Of a stretch of 64,000 bases of DNA, positions 50,380-61,521 are shown piece after piece. Every line of letters starts with the position of its first letter. Position 1 is the first letter of the stretch. Below the pieces are notes generated by a model. The model was not told where the DNA came from, made no database searches, and saw nothing but the letters and a program-made list of their open reading frames with translations. The stretch is from the NCBI GenBank assembly GCA_041658605.1, contig JBAZZU010000011.1, positions 3,300 to 67,299 on the forward strand. Direction: 5' to 3'. The translations under genes and the position numbers were made by a program. Origin of the DNA: Thermoleophilia bacterium. GTDB taxonomy: Bacteria > Actinomycetota > Thermoleophilia > BMS3ABIN01.

Positions 50380-51685
50380 CGCCGCCCTCCACCCTGATAG
50401 GCCGCGGAGCCGATTTCACCATATTCTGCTCGGTGATTTTATCCAGCGCCGCCCTGAATCTTTTTTCCTTGACCGGATGGAAGACCATGACGAGTTCCGC
50501 GTGCGCCCCCCGGCCCTTCTGGATGACGCTCTCGACGCTGACCTTCTGGTCGGCGAAGACCCTGGCGATCGAGGCCAGCACACCGGGTTCGTCCTCGACC
50601 TCCAGCCTCAGGTAAAACTTCGAGACCACCTCTTCGTCCGAGAAAAACTCGAGGTCACGGTGGGCGACGAGATACTCCAGGGGCCCGGGAGTCTTGCGGG
50701 AGATTATCGTGACGATATCGCCCACGACAGCCGATGCGGTTTCCATACCGCCGGCGCCGGGGCCGGAGAGCATGATCTCATCGATTGCTTTTCCCTGGAG
50801 GAATACCGCGTTGTAGGCGCCGCTGACGGTGGCCAGGGGATGATCCTGTTCAAGCAGGGCCGGATATACCCTGACGTTTATCTTGTCATCGTATAGCCTG
50901 GCGACACCGAGTAACTTGATAGTGAGCCCCAGCTCCCGCGCGTATGCGATATCGAGCGAGCTTATGCTCTCGATTCCCACGCAGCCGACGTCATCGAGGC
51001 CCACCGGAGTATGGAAAGCAATGGACGCGAGGATAGCCATCTTGGCGGCGGCATCCTGGCCGCTGATGTCTTCGGTTGGATCGGCTTCCGCGAAACCCCA
51101 TTCCTGGGCGCGGGCGAGTGCGTCCTCATATCTGGCGTTGGTGCGGCTCATTTCGGTGAGGATGAAATTGGTGGTACCGTTGACAATTCCGTAGACGCTT
51201 GTCAGGTCGGCCGCCACCATCGATTCCCTCAGGACCTTGATCACCGGGATCGCTCCGGCCACGCTTGCCTCGAACCTTATCTGTGTCTTCTTCTCCTGGG
51301 CAAGCCTGAACAGGTAGAAACCCTGCTTGGCGAGGAGTTGCTTGTTGGCGGTGACGACGGACTTTCCCTGTTCGAGCGCGGCGGTGATGTAGTCAAACGC
51401 CGGATCGACTCCGCCCATCAGTTCGACGATCATGGAGATCTGCGGGTCATTGATAATATCATCGAAATTGTCCGTCAGTAGTTCACCCGGAGCATCCGTG
51501 CGCGGAATGGTGACATCTCGAACAAGTATTTTTTTAACCTCGATGGATGCACCTGTAGCCTGTGCGATCTCATCGGCCTGGTTCTCGAGCAGGCTGTAGA
51601 CGTTCGAGCCGACGGTGCCATAGCCCAGCAGGCCGATGTATATCTTCTTCGGGCCGGATTTACTGGAAACCAATTTGCTCCTCAC
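50363..51685 (-). CDS. hom: Homoserine dehydrogenase with ACT domain
   Basis: [34 protein letters not shown]-terminal ACT. Confidence 0.96.
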   Translation of the reverse strand: MRSKLVSSKSGPKKIYIGLLGYGTVGSNVYSLLENQADEIAQATGASIEVKKILVRDVTIPRTDAPGELLTDNFDDIINDPQISMIVELMGGVDPAFDYITAALEQGKSVVTANKQLLAKQGFYLFRLAQEKKTQIRFEASVAGAIPVIKVLRESMVAADLTSVYGIVNGTTNFILTEMSRTNARYEDALARAQEWGFAEADPTEDISGQDAAAKMAILASIAFHTPVGLDDVGCVGIESISSLDIAYARELGLTIKLLGVARLYDDKINVRVYPALLEQDHPLATVSGAYNAVFLQGKAIDEIMLSGPGAGGMETASAVVGDIVTIISRKTPGPLEYLVAHRDLEFFSDEEVVSKFYLRLEVEDEPGVLASIARVFADQKVSVESVIQKGRGAHAELVMVFHPVKEKRFRAALDKITEQNMVKSAPRPIRVEGGDEQQV

Positions 51686-51808
51686 ATGAAAAAGTTTCAG
51701 AGTTCGGCTGATTCAGAACAGCCAACGATAAATGTTATCAGGAGAGGGGGAGAGAAAAAAGCGCCTGTTTTCCGGCGGCGGTTGACACAAAGGGTCGCTA
51801 AGCCCTTT

Positions 51809-52924
51809 TTAGAGCCTGCAGGCCCCTGAGTAGCTGCCCCCGCCGCCGACGCCCGTGATGGAGACTACAGCACCTTCAAACGGCGCATGGATCATGCTGC
51901 CGCCGCCGATATAGATGCCCACGTGGCTTATCGGGCGTCCGAAGAATACCAGGTCACCGGGCATCAGCTCAGAGTAGCTGATTGGTGTTCCGGAGTAGTA
52001 TTGGGCGGCAGCCGAGTGCGGCAGGTAGATGCCGGCCTGGGCATAGACATACAGCACGAGACCGGAGCAGTCGAATCCGGATGGTGAAGCTCCTCCCCAG
52101 ACGTAGGGAACTCCAAGGTACTGCATGGCAATGCCGGAAATTCCACTTGGCGGGGGTTCCGGAGCGGGGCCCGGATCAGAATCCGGTGCCGGACCCGGAT
52201 CGGGCGCTGGAGTCTGGCCCGGCGTGTCCTCTCCGGCGTTACCTGTCTGCCCGTTTGCCTGGCTTTGAGCCGCCGAGGCCTGCTGCTGGGCGAGGATTTG
52301 CGCCACTTCTCCCTGGACGCCGGACAAAACAGCCTGTCTGGCGGAAAGCTGCGATTCGACCGCCGACTTTTCAGCGGCCAGGGTGTTTAAGAGTTCCTCC
52401 TGCTTCTGCTGAGCCTGATCAAGTGCGGTGCGAGCCGTTTCGACTTCGTCCTTGTAACCCTGGACTTCCTGTACATCGGCCCGGTCCATTTCCCCTATTC
52501 TGCCAAGCAGGTCGAAACGGGACATGAAATCATGGAACGTCGTCGTATTTACCACGACATCAATAAGGTTCATCGGACCCTGGCGGTAGATATTCTCGAC
52601 CCGTCTGTCCAGCCGTTTCTGGGCTTCAATCAGTTTGGCGGAAGCGTCCGCCAGTGCTTTTTCGTTCTCGGTTATCTGCCGTTTTGTGTTTTCAAGTTCA
52701 GTGTTCGCCTGGTTGAAACGTTCGACTGCCTGCTCGGCTGACTGGTTGATGGAGGCGACTTCAGCGCTTATCCGGTCGGCTTCAGCCTGCATTGAAGACA
52801 AGTCGGGGCTCGCGAGGGCGGGAACGGCAATCAGAAAGAGGGGGATACAGATTAAACAGATGGTTACAGCAGATGTGATTCCGCTGAAATGGCGCGTACC
52901 TTTCAACCAGGTGATCTTCTTCAT
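51809..52924 (-). CDS. Secreted coiled-coil NlpC/P60 endopeptidase (second paralogue)
   Basis: Signal peptide, coiled coil, Pro-rich linker (PAPDPGPAPDSDPGPAPEPP), GVPYVWGG..FDCSGL..SHVGIY; start trimmed to ATG 52924. Confidence 0.9.
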   Translation of the reverse strand: MKKITWLKGTRHFSGITSAVTICLICIPLFLIAVPALASPDLSSMQAEADRISAEVASINQSAEQAVERFNQANTELENTKRQITENEKALADASAKLIEAQKRLDRRVENIYRQGPMNLIDVVVNTTTFHDFMSRFDLLGRIGEMDRADVQEVQGYKDEVETARTALDQAQQKQEELLNTLAAEKSAVESQLSARQAVLSGVQGEVAQILAQQQASAAQSQANGQTGNAGEDTPGQTPAPDPGPAPDSDPGPAPEPPPSGISGIAMQYLGVPYVWGGASPSGFDCSGLVLYVYAQAGIYLPHSAAAQYYSGTPISYSELMPGDLVFFGRPISHVGIYIGGGSMIHAPFEGAVVSITGVGGGGSYSGACRL

Positions 52925-53193
52925 CTCAGATGCTCCGTTTCTGTCATGCCTGGTTTCAAACCGAGTAATATCAAACACGCACATGGCGTGACTTTTCCGT
53001 ATTCTCCAGCCATCACTCATACCCTTCCCGGAAGGAAGTGGCCAGGATGGTCATAACTCATCGTTTAAATGCTTGCCACATGTTGTTGTTTCAACCCTCG
53101 GGCGTTAACCCCTGCATAAAGTCGAATCTTTCTTAAAGGTTTTTTTTGCCTGTACCGATGGGGTTTGAGCAGGATTTCCAATTTAGGGCGGTC

Positions 53194-54951
53194 ATGAAAA
53201 CTCAGGTTTTCAAAACCAGGGCATTTAAATTCAGCATAGCCGCAGCATTCGCCGGGCTTCTTTATGCAACCTTTGCATATCTCGTCGAAGAGAACTACGG
53301 TGCTGATTATGAGGCGATGCATATCATGCTGGCGCCCGTCATCGCGGGTGCTGCCGCCTATTTTATTGGCAAGGCATCCGACCGTATCCACCAGCAGACA
53401 GAAATGCTGGCCGACGCGAAAAAGCAGTTCTCCGATCTCACTCACTCGGCAATCACACAGAGGGACTGGAACGTCAGCTTTGAGGATCCCGCCATTCCTA
53501 CGTGCTGGGAAGTCAAAGGCTGCAAGGCAGAGGATTGTCCGTCCTACGGCAGGCACCATGTTCGCTGCTGGCTTGTTGCCGGAACATACTGCCGCGGCGA
53601 GGTTCAGGGACATTTCGCCCAGAAACTGGGCGATTGCGCCAAATGTGAAATATACAGCGCGGCAATAGATCGTGATCCGATCGACGAGATTGGTGAGAAT
53701 TTCAACAGCCTCATGTGGGTCCTGAAGGAAAAAGAGGAGATGCTCACTCAAACGAACGGGCAGCTTCATGAACAGTACGAGGAACTTGAAGTCATGCATC
53801 AGCAGGCTCGGGAGATGGCGGAAACCGATATGCTGACCGGTCTTAAGAACCATGCCCACTTCCAGGAGCAGCTGCTCGGCGAAGTCGAGAAAGCAAGGCG
53901 GCTCGCGCAGCCACTATCACTGATCATGCTCGACCTTGACCATTTCAAGAACGTCAACGACGAGTTCGGCCACCAGAAGGGCGACGAGGTATTGCAGCAT
54001 GTAGGCAGGCTGATACGACTTGAAACCGATGAAGATGCGTATTCTGCCCGATATGGCGGCGAGGAGTTCGTCATAATTCTGCAGGGAATGATCGCTGACG
54101 ATGCGATGAATGTAGCCGACGACCTGAGACGCAGCCTGAAGCTCGTTGAGAATGACGTAGATCTTCCCGAAGGCTTTGTGGGCGGCAGTTTCGGGGTTGC
54201 CGATATGCCTTCATGCGCCAGCGACGCCGACAGCCTGATATCGGCAGCCGATGCGGCGCTGCTTTTTGCCAAACGCAAGGGCCGCAACCGGGTCGCTTAC
54301 TTCCGTGATCTTGCCGACACCGAGCTTCGTGACGGTGATCTCGACAAACTTCACAGCAGGCTTGAAGGGGCTAGCCTTCAGACGATCAGAGCCCTGGCTG
54401 AAGCAGTTGACGCAAATGATCAATATTCCGCTGTCGACACTTCGAAGATGACCGAAGTCGCCGCTGCCATGGCTGAAAGACTGAATATGCGCCAGGAACA
54501 GGCGGACGCACTTGCCCTAGCGACGAGACTGCACGACATCGGCAAAGTCGGGGTACCCGGTTCTGTTCTGAGAAAGAAAGAAAAACTGTCACCTGAGGAG
54601 CTTTCCATGGTGCAGCGGCATCCACAGATAGGCAAGCGCCTCTTAAAGGAAGCGGAACAGATTCAGGATCTGATTTCGGCGATCCTATATCACCATGAGC
54701 GATGGGACGGTAATGGCTACCCCGAACGGCTCAAGGGTGAAGAGATACCTCTGATGGCGCGTATCGTCGGCATCATGGATGCATATCGAGCGATGCGCAG
54801 CGACCGCCCGTACCGCAAGGCTCTGAGTATCAGGCAATCGTTGGCTGAACTGAGCAAGGGCGCCGGCACGCAGTTCGATCCTGAGCTGGTTTCAATGTTT
54901 GTCGAGCTTCTGGATGAAGGCGAGGAACAAAGTTGGAAACAAGCAGGTTAA
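53194..54951 (+). CDS. TM / Cys-rich two-CW-type domain / GGDEF / HD-GYP protein
   Basis: CWE..C...CP...CW..AGT.C..C..C domain; DLDHFK, GHQKGD, RYGGEEF; HDIGK, HHERWDG.GYP. Confidence 0.88.
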   Translation: MKTQVFKTRAFKFSIAAAFAGLLYATFAYLVEENYGADYEAMHIMLAPVIAGAAAYFIGKASDRIHQQTEMLADAKKQFSDLTHSAITQRDWNVSFEDPAIPTCWEVKGCKAEDCPSYGRHHVRCWLVAGTYCRGEVQGHFAQKLGDCAKCEIYSAAIDRDPIDEIGENFNSLMWVLKEKEEMLTQTNGQLHEQYEELEVMHQQAREMAETDMLTGLKNHAHFQEQLLGEVEKARRLAQPLSLIMLDLDHFKNVNDEFGHQKGDEVLQHVGRLIRLETDEDAYSARYGGEEFVIILQGMIADDAMNVADDLRRSLKLVENDVDLPEGFVGGSFGVADMPSCASDADSLISAADAALLFAKRKGRNRVAYFRDLADTELRDGDLDKLHSRLEGASLQTIRALAEAVDANDQYSAVDTSKMTEVAAAMAERLNMRQEQADALALATRLHDIGKVGVPGSVLRKKEKLSPEELSMVQRHPQIGKRLLKEAEQIQDLISAILYHHERWDGNGYPERLKGEEIPLMARIVGIMDAYRAMRSDRPYRKALSIRQSLAELSKGAGTQFDPELVSMFVELLDEGEEQSWKQAG

Positions 54952-54982
54952 TAAAAGTTCCAGCAGTCAGCCAGGTGACATC

Positions 54983-56779
54983 GTGTTGAATTCTATTGCC
55001 ATGCGTCTGACTTCGATGAGACGCATTTTTTTTGTGATGATCGCCTTCGGTCTGGCCATGGGTATCGCTTTCCCATATATTGTCAATCCCTTCGTCACGT
55101 GGGATTCCGGGCGCAAGTTCTTCTTCCAGCTTGCCTGCCTGGTAGCCGGATTGGCCGTCGGCTCGTTTTGTTTTCTGCTGGCCAAGGTCACTCTTTATGA
55201 CAGGAACCAGCGGCTTGCCAGCCAGAAAGCCGGGCTGGAACTGGCCATGGAACGGTTTTCAACTCTTACGCACACGGCAATAGAAACCCAGAACTGGGAA
55301 GTGAGCTTTGAGGATCCCTCCATACCCTCATGCTGGGAAATGAAAAACTGCACCGCCGGCGAATGTCCTGTTCACGGGCGGGAACACATCCGATGCTGGC
55401 TGGTAGCCGGGACTTTTTGTGGCGGAGAAGTCCAGGGTCGGTTCGCCAAGAAAATTGGAAACTGTTCTCACTGTGAGGTTTACCATGAAGCCGTGGAGCA
55501 CAACCCCATCAACGAGATCGGCGAGAATTTCAACAGCATCATGCTGGTGGTCAAGCAGAAGCAGGATCTGCTGGAATCTGTCAGCTCCGAGTTGAAGGAC
55601 AAATATGCCGAACTGGAGATGATGCACAGGCAGGCACGTGAGATGGCCGACACCGACCTGTTGACCGGCCTTCGCAATCACGCGCATTTCCAGCATCACC
55701 TGCGATGGGAGGTCAGCCAGGCCGTACAGAAGCACAAGCCACTGTCGCTGCTTATGCTCGACCTCGATTATTTCAAGTCGATCAATGACCGGTATGGCCA
55801 CCAGAAGGGCGATGAGGTTCTCAAGGGTGTCGGCAGACTGCTGCGCAATGAAATTAAGAACGGCTATACGGCCAGGTACGGCGGTGAGGAATTCGTTGTT
55901 GTTCTTCCAGAGCTGAAATACAGTGGGGTGATGGAGATAGCCGACAGGCTCAGGGTCGGCATGAAAACGGTGGCCCATGATGCCGATCTGCCCGAGGGGG
56001 TCGTGGCTGCGAGCTTCGGCGTTGCCGACATGCCGGCCTGCGCGAACGATCCGGACAGCCTGATCTCCGCGGCTGATTCAGCCCTGCTGTTCGCCAAGCG
56101 CAAGGGTCGTGACAGGGTTACTTATTTTCGTGACCTGTCGGGCAGCGAACTCGAGGAGGGCGATATAGACCGGCTGCACAGCCGTCTTGAAGGCGCCAGC
56201 CTTCAGACGATCCGGGCTCTGGCGGAAGCCGTCGATGCGAACGACAGCTATCCGCTGGCTGGGGTGTCATCTCTCACGAGGCTGGCCACGGATATGGCGC
56301 AGACGCTGGACCTTAATGATGAGCAGGCAGACGCACTCGTGTTGGCGACCAGGCTGCATGACATCGGCAAGATCGGCGTGCCTGGTTCCATCCTGAGAAA
56401 ATCGGAGAAGCTTACCCCGGAAGAGCTGCTTGTAGTTCAGCAGCATCCCGCCATAGGGCAGCGAATCCTCTGGGAGGCCAGGCAGCTGTCAGACCTTATT
56501 ACGGCGATCCTGTACCATCACGAGCGCTGGGATGGAAAAGGATATCCTGAGAAGCTGCAGGGCAAGCAGATTCCGCTGATGGCGCGTATCGTCGGCATAA
56601 TAGACGCATATCGGGCCATGCGCTGTGATCGTCCATACAGGAAGGCGCTGACGGAAAAGCAGGCGATCGCTGAGTTGCGAAAGGGCGCGGGCAGCCAGTT
56701 CGATCCCAGACTGGTTGACCTCTTTGTCGGGCTTGTGGAATCCGGGCGCGAAGATTCAGGCATCCTGCAAGCCGGCTAG
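54983..56779 (+). CDS. Paralogous TM / two-CW-type / GGDEF / HD-GYP protein
   Basis: Same architecture and motifs as the upstream gene; start uncertain (54983 or 55001). Confidence 0.87.
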   Translation: MLNSIAMRLTSMRRIFFVMIAFGLAMGIAFPYIVNPFVTWDSGRKFFFQLACLVAGLAVGSFCFLLAKVTLYDRNQRLASQKAGLELAMERFSTLTHTAIETQNWEVSFEDPSIPSCWEMKNCTAGECPVHGREHIRCWLVAGTFCGGEVQGRFAKKIGNCSHCEVYHEAVEHNPINEIGENFNSIMLVVKQKQDLLESVSSELKDKYAELEMMHRQAREMADTDLLTGLRNHAHFQHHLRWEVSQAVQKHKPLSLLMLDLDYFKSINDRYGHQKGDEVLKGVGRLLRNEIKNGYTARYGGEEFVVVLPELKYSGVMEIADRLRVGMKTVAHDADLPEGVVAASFGVADMPACANDPDSLISAADSALLFAKRKGRDRVTYFRDLSGSELEEGDIDRLHSRLEGASLQTIRALAEAVDANDSYPLAGVSSLTRLATDMAQTLDLNDEQADALVLATRLHDIGKIGVPGSILRKSEKLTPEELLVVQQHPAIGQRILWEARQLSDLITAILYHHERWDGKGYPEKLQGKQIPLMARIVGIIDAYRAMRCDRPYRKALTEKQAIAELRKGAGSQFDPRLVDLFVGLVESGREDSGILQAG

Positions 56780-56865
56780 AATAAGGGCGCAACAGCGGCC
56801 CCGCGAAACAATTTCCACCGGTATTAGTTGAAATCCCCGTTCAATTTCAATAACATATTCGTTTG

Positions 56866-57071
56866 ATGGCCTGTGAATTCTCACATTCCGGATTTACGCG
56901 CGTAACGGCCTCCCCCGCGGGAGGCGGCATAACGCTGCCTGCCGCCGCATTCCTCCTCGACTTGCTTCTCCTCCCCCAGGTGGGGGAGATTATCTAACAG
57001 TTTGCCCGTGCGGCAAACCCGTTATCCTTACCTTTCTGCAATTTAAACCTTTGAGGTTTTAGGAGAAGCAA
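56866..57071 (+). promoter_or_regulatory. LEU-element-like translational attenuator of leuA with Leu-rich leader ORF
   Basis: Leader frame ..FLLDLLLLPQVGEII-stop (TAA 56995-97); Leu codons TTGCTTCTCCT (56962-72) are the exact complement of AGGAGAAGCAA (57061-71), the leuA RBS. Confidence 0.72.
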
Positions 57072-58591
57072 TGGATCCTCATCGCATAAACATATTCGAT
57101 ACAACGCTGAGGGATGGAGAGCAATCCCCCGGTATCAGCCTTAATTCATTCGAGAAGCTGGAGATTGCCGAACAGCTGGCGAGACTGGGCGTCGACGTCA
57201 TAGAGGCTGGTTTTCCGATCTCTTCGCCTGGTGATTTCGAGGGCGTACAGAACATAGCCCGCAAGGTATCCGGTGTGACGGTTTGCGCGCTGGCACGCGC
57301 CATCGAAAAGGACATCACAACCGCCTGGGACGCCATCAGGGAAGCCGAACGGCCGCGCATCCATACATTCATATCAACGAGCGACGTTCATTTGAAGCAC
57401 CAGCTGCGCAAGACGCGCGAGGAAGTGCTGGAGGCGGCGAAGCGCATGGTCGCGCTGTCAGTGAGCCTGTGCGACGACGTGGAGTTCTCCGCCATGGACG
57501 CCACCCGGAGTGATCCGGACTACCTGGCGTCTGTGCTGCAGGCGGCTATCGACGAAGGCGCACGCACGATAAATATCCCTGACACGGTGGGTTACGCGAT
57601 ACCATCGGAATTTGGTGACTTCATCTGGGAGCAGTTCAAAAAGGCTCCGGGGCTGAAGGATGTCGTCGTCAGCGTCCACTGCCATAACGACCTGGGCCTG
57701 GCTGTCGCCAACTCGCTGGCGGCAATCGAGAACGGCGCTACGCAGGTGGAGTGCGCCATCAATGGCCTGGGCGAGCGTGCCGGCAACGCGTCCCTGGAGG
57801 AGATAGTCATGATCCTGGAGACGCGCAAGCGCATGCTGGGCAGGGTGACTGGCGTCAGGACGAAAGAGATCACAAGGACCAGCCGCCTGGTAAGCCAGCT
57901 GACAGGTTATGATGTGCAGCCCAACAAGGCGATTGTTGGAAAGAACGCCTTTGCCCACGAATCGGGTATCCATCAGGACGGCGTGCTGAAAGAGCGGTCT
58001 ACTTACGAGATAATGAACGCTGCCAGCGTCGGCCGGGGGACCAGTGATATCGTCCTCGGCAAGCACTCCGGGCGCCACGCGCTCAAGGCGGCGATGGAAG
58101 AGCTGGGTATGACCCTCTCCGACGAGGAGCTGAACCAGGCCTTTGTCCACTTCAAGAAGGTGGCTGACAAGAAGAAGCAGATCACCGCGGCGGACCTGGA
58201 GGCGCTGGTCGGCGAAGAGGTGCGCGAACAGACCGACATCTATGAGCTGAAGTCGTACGAGGTAAGCTCGAGCTCCGACTCGATGCCCGAGTGTCAGGTA
58301 GTAATCGAGAAGGAAGGGGAGCAGTTGCTCGGAAGGAGTTTCTCCGGTGGCTCGATGGAGTCGATCTTCAAGGCCATCGATGACGCAGTGGGCACCAAGG
58401 GCAAGCTGATGGACTACCAGGTGCATTCCGTGACCGAGGGCAAGGACTCTCTTGGCGAGGTGCGTGTCGTGGTTGAAGTTAACGGCAAGACGTATGCGGG
58501 CACGGCGCTCTCCATCGACGTTGTGGAGGCCAGCGCCAAGGCTTATGTCCGCGCGCTCAACAATGCATACAGAGCCGGGGCGGTGACTTGA
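57071..58591 (+). CDS. leuA: 2-isopropylmalate synthase
   Basis: [36 protein letters not shown], regulatory domain. Confidence 0.96.
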   Translation: MDPHRINIFDTTLRDGEQSPGISLNSFEKLEIAEQLARLGVDVIEAGFPISSPGDFEGVQNIARKVSGVTVCALARAIEKDITTAWDAIREAERPRIHTFISTSDVHLKHQLRKTREEVLEAAKRMVALSVSLCDDVEFSAMDATRSDPDYLASVLQAAIDEGARTINIPDTVGYAIPSEFGDFIWEQFKKAPGLKDVVVSVHCHNDLGLAVANSLAAIENGATQVECAINGLGERAGNASLEEIVMILETRKRMLGRVTGVRTKEITRTSRLVSQLTGYDVQPNKAIVGKNAFAHESGIHQDGVLKERSTYEIMNAASVGRGTSDIVLGKHSGRHALKAAMEELGMTLSDEELNQAFVHFKKVADKKKQITAADLEALVGEEVREQTDIYELKSYEVSSSSDSMPECQVVIEKEGEQLLGRSFSGGSMESIFKAIDDAVGTKGKLMDYQVHSVTEGKDSLGEVRVVVEVNGKTYAGTALSIDVVEASAKAYVRALNNAYRAGAVT

Positions 58592-58592
58592 G

Positions 58593-59864
58593 ATGGGAAA
58601 AGCGATGACTATCACGGAAAAGATACTGGCGCGCGCCTGCGGACAGGAAGAAGTGCAGGCGGGCGATTTCGTCAATGCAAGGCTGGACCTGGCGCTGGCG
58701 AACGATATCACGGCGCCGCTGGCCATCAAGGAGTTCGAGGCGGCGGGCATGACAAAGGTCTGGGACAAGGAAAAAGTCGTGCTTGTCTGCGACCACTTCG
58801 TCCCTAACAAGGACATAAAGTCGGCCGAGCAGACCAAGCTGGTGCGCGAGTTCGCGCGGCGGCAGGGGCTGACCAACTTCTTCGATGTGGGACGGATGGG
58901 CATCGAGCATGTCATCCTGCCGGAGAAGGGCTTGGTGGTCCCGGGTGACGTCGTCATCGGCGCCGATTCGCACACGTGTACTTATGGTGCGCTGGGAGCC
59001 TTCGCGACCGGGGTCGGAAGCACCGATCTGGCGGCGGGAATGGCCACCGGTGAGGTCTGGCTGCGCGTGCCGGAGACGATCAGGTTCAACTACGAGGGCG
59101 AGCCGGGGCGTTATGTGACCGGGAAGGATTACATCCTCTTTACGATCGGCATGATCGGTGTCGACGGCGCGCTGTACGAGGCGATGGAGTTCGGCGGCGG
59201 CGCCATCAGGTCGCTGTCGATGGATGGCCGGTTCACCATGTGCAACATGGCGATCGAGGCCGGCGGCAAGAACGGCATCGTGGAGCCTGACGCGGTCACA
59301 GAGGAATACTGCCGCGGACGGGCGCTGCGCGAACCGGTCATGATAATGAGCGATGAGGGCGCGCAGTACGCGCGCGTGATTGATATAGATGTCAGCACGA
59401 TCGAGCCTCAGGTGGCGAAGCCGCACCTGCCGTCGAACACGGTGCCGGCTTCGGAGCTGGCTGACTTAAAGATCGACCAGGTCGTGATCGGCTCGTGCAC
59501 CAACGGGCGCATCGAGGACCTGCGGATGGCGGCCGGTGTGCTGAAGGGCCGCAAGGTGCATCCGGACGTGCGCGCCCTGGTCTTCCCGGGGAGCCAGCTG
59601 GTATTCCAGCAGGCCATGAAGGAAGGGCTGATCGACATATTCATCGACGCCGAGGTTGCCGTAAGCACGCCTACCTGCGGTCCATGCCTGGGAGGGCATA
59701 TGGGCATCCTGGCCGAAGGTGAGCGTTGTGTCTCGACCACCAACCGTAATTTCGTCGGACGCATGGGCCATACCGGCAGCGAGGTCTACCTGGCGGGGCC
59801 ATATGTGGCGGCGGCTACGGCCATAGCCGGCACGGTTGCGGTTCCCGAGGAGGTGACGGCATGA
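58593..59864 (+). CDS. leuC: 3-isopropylmalate dehydratase large subunit (short LeuC type)
   Basis: [26 protein letters not shown]. Confidence 0.94.
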   Translation: MGKAMTITEKILARACGQEEVQAGDFVNARLDLALANDITAPLAIKEFEAAGMTKVWDKEKVVLVCDHFVPNKDIKSAEQTKLVREFARRQGLTNFFDVGRMGIEHVILPEKGLVVPGDVVIGADSHTCTYGALGAFATGVGSTDLAAGMATGEVWLRVPETIRFNYEGEPGRYVTGKDYILFTIGMIGVDGALYEAMEFGGGAIRSLSMDGRFTMCNMAIEAGGKNGIVEPDAVTEEYCRGRALREPVMIMSDEGAQYARVIDIDVSTIEPQVAKPHLPSNTVPASELADLKIDQVVIGSCTNGRIEDLRMAAGVLKGRKVHPDVRALVFPGSQLVFQQAMKEGLIDIFIDAEVAVSTPTCGPCLGGHMGILAEGERCVSTTNRNFVGRMGHTGSEVYLAGPYVAAATAIAGTVAVPEEVTA

Positions 59865-60361
59865 TCTTCGAAGGCACGGCGCATAAGTATGGGCGTGATG
59901 TCGATACCGACGTCATCATCCCGGCGCGCTATCTGAATACGCATGATCCGGATGAGCTGGCCGAGCATTGCATGGAGGACATCGACGCGGATTTCATCGG
60001 GCGCGTAAAGCCGGGCGATATAATCGTGGCCGAGGAGAACTTCGGCTGCGGGTCGTCGCGCGAACAGGCGCCGGTCGCGATCAAGGCGGCGGGTGTATCC
60101 TGTGTCGTTGCGGCGTCGTTCGCGCGTATTTTTTATCGTAACGCGATAAACATCGGCCTGCCGATACTGGTTTGTCCGGAGGCGGCGCGAGAGGTTAAAA
60201 GCGGCGACCGCCTGCGGGTCGACCTCGACCGGGGCGAAGTCGTGAATATAACAGGTGACAAGTCATACCAGGCGGACCGCTTTCCTGATTTTATGCAGGA
60301 GATCGTGGCGGCGGGAGGCCTGATGCAACATGTCAGGAAAAGAACCGCGGGGTCGAAATGA
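59861..60361 (+). CDS. leuD: 3-isopropylmalate dehydratase small subunit
   Basis: [24 protein letters not shown]; ATGA overlap. Confidence 0.94.
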   Translation: MIFEGTAHKYGRDVDTDVIIPARYLNTHDPDELAEHCMEDIDADFIGRVKPGDIIVAEENFGCGSSREQAPVAIKAAGVSCVVAASFARIFYRNAINIGLPILVCPEAAREVKSGDRLRVDLDRGEVVNITGDKSYQADRFPDFMQEIVAAGGLMQHVRKRTAGSK

Positions 60362-60413
60362 TGTCCCGGGTTCACGGACCGCGGGCCGAGCGCCCGCGTT
60401 ACTGGAGGAGCGC

Positions 60414-61472
60414 ATGCATAACATAGCAGTCATGCCTGGTGACGGTACCGGGCCGGAAGTTGTGATGGAGGGGCTGAAAGTGCTGGAGGCCGCCGCGGCC
60501 CGGTTCGGCTTCAAGTATGAGACAACCGATTACGATTTCGGCGGTGACCGGTATTTAAGGACCGGTGAGACGCTGCCCGACTCGGCGCTGGACGAGCTGA
60601 AAGGGCACGACGCCATATTCCTGGGAGCAATCGGCCATCCCAAAGTGAAGCCTGGCATCCTCGAACAGGGAATCCTGCTCAAGGCGCGCTTCGAGCTGGA
60701 CCAGTACATAAACCTGCGTCCCGTGAAGCTTTTTCCGGGCGTTGAAACGCCGGTCAAGGACAAGGGGCCGGACGATATCGACTTCGTGGTGGTGCGTGAG
60801 AACACCGAGGGCCTCTACGTGGGCGCCGGCGGCTTTCTGAAGAAGGGAAAGCCGGACGAGGTGGCGATACAGGAAAGCATAAACACCCGCAAGGGGGTGG
60901 AGCGCTGCATCCGTTACGCCTTTGACTATTGTCAGAAGCGTGGTAAAGACAACAAGCTTACCATGTGCGGCAAGACCAACGTGCTGAATTATTCGCAGGA
61001 CCTGTGGATGCGGGCTTTCAACGAGGTCGCTGACGATTATCCGGGCATCACTACAGACTACGCCCACGTCGACGCGATCTGCATGTGGTTCATCAAGAAT
61101 CCGGAATGGTTCGATGTCATCGTCACCGACAACATCTTCGGCGACATCATCACCGACCTGGGCGCCATGATCCAGGGCGGCATGGGAATCGCGGCGGGCG
61201 GCAACATCAACCCGGACGGCGTTTCCATGTTCGAGCCGATCGGCGGCTCGGCGCCCAAATACACGGGCCAGAATGTCATCAACCCGCTGGCGGCGATAGC
61301 GGCGGTGCAGATGATGCTCGAGTTCCTGGGAGAAAATGAAGCCGGCGCCGCGGTTGAGAGAGCCATAGCCGATATAACCGCCAACAAACTGCAGAGCCTG
61401 GCCGTGGGCAAGACCGGCTATTCGACCACCCAGATAGGCGACATGGTGGCGCAGATTGTTCGTGAAAGCTAA
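60414..61472 (+). CDS. leuB: 3-isopropylmalate dehydrogenase
   Basis: PGDGTGPE, NLRP, RENTEG, NIFGDI.TD, EPIGGSAP; start placed after GGAGGAG. Confidence 0.9.
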   Translation: MHNIAVMPGDGTGPEVVMEGLKVLEAAAARFGFKYETTDYDFGGDRYLRTGETLPDSALDELKGHDAIFLGAIGHPKVKPGILEQGILLKARFELDQYINLRPVKLFPGVETPVKDKGPDDIDFVVVRENTEGLYVGAGGFLKKGKPDEVAIQESINTRKGVERCIRYAFDYCQKRGKDNKLTMCGKTNVLNYSQDLWMRAFNEVADDYPGITTDYAHVDAICMWFIKNPEWFDVIVTDNIFGDIITDLGAMIQGGMGIAAGGNINPDGVSMFEPIGGSAPKYTGQNVINPLAAIAAVQMMLEFLGENEAGAAVERAIADITANKLQSLAVGKTGYSTTQIGDMVAQIVRES

Positions 61473-61521
61473 ACCGGCCTGAACGGGAAGTCAGCGCCGG
61501 AAAGTATTTGAAAGGAGTCTC

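Noticed and set aside
52150-52215. Short GC-rich tandem repeats (CCGGATC.GG..C)
   Set aside because: They encode the Pro/Asp/Gly linker of the NlpC/P60 protein; not a CRISPR or mobile repeat
52925-53190. Riboswitch upstream of the second NlpC/P60 gene
   Set aside because: No recognisable aptamer motifs; looks like a divergent promoter region
57458-58975. Long antisense ORFs (also 14425-15189, 39553-40422, 42242-43093, 53065-53859, 62651-63616)
   Set aside because: Shadows of GC-rich genuine genes on the opposite strand; no motifs or RBS
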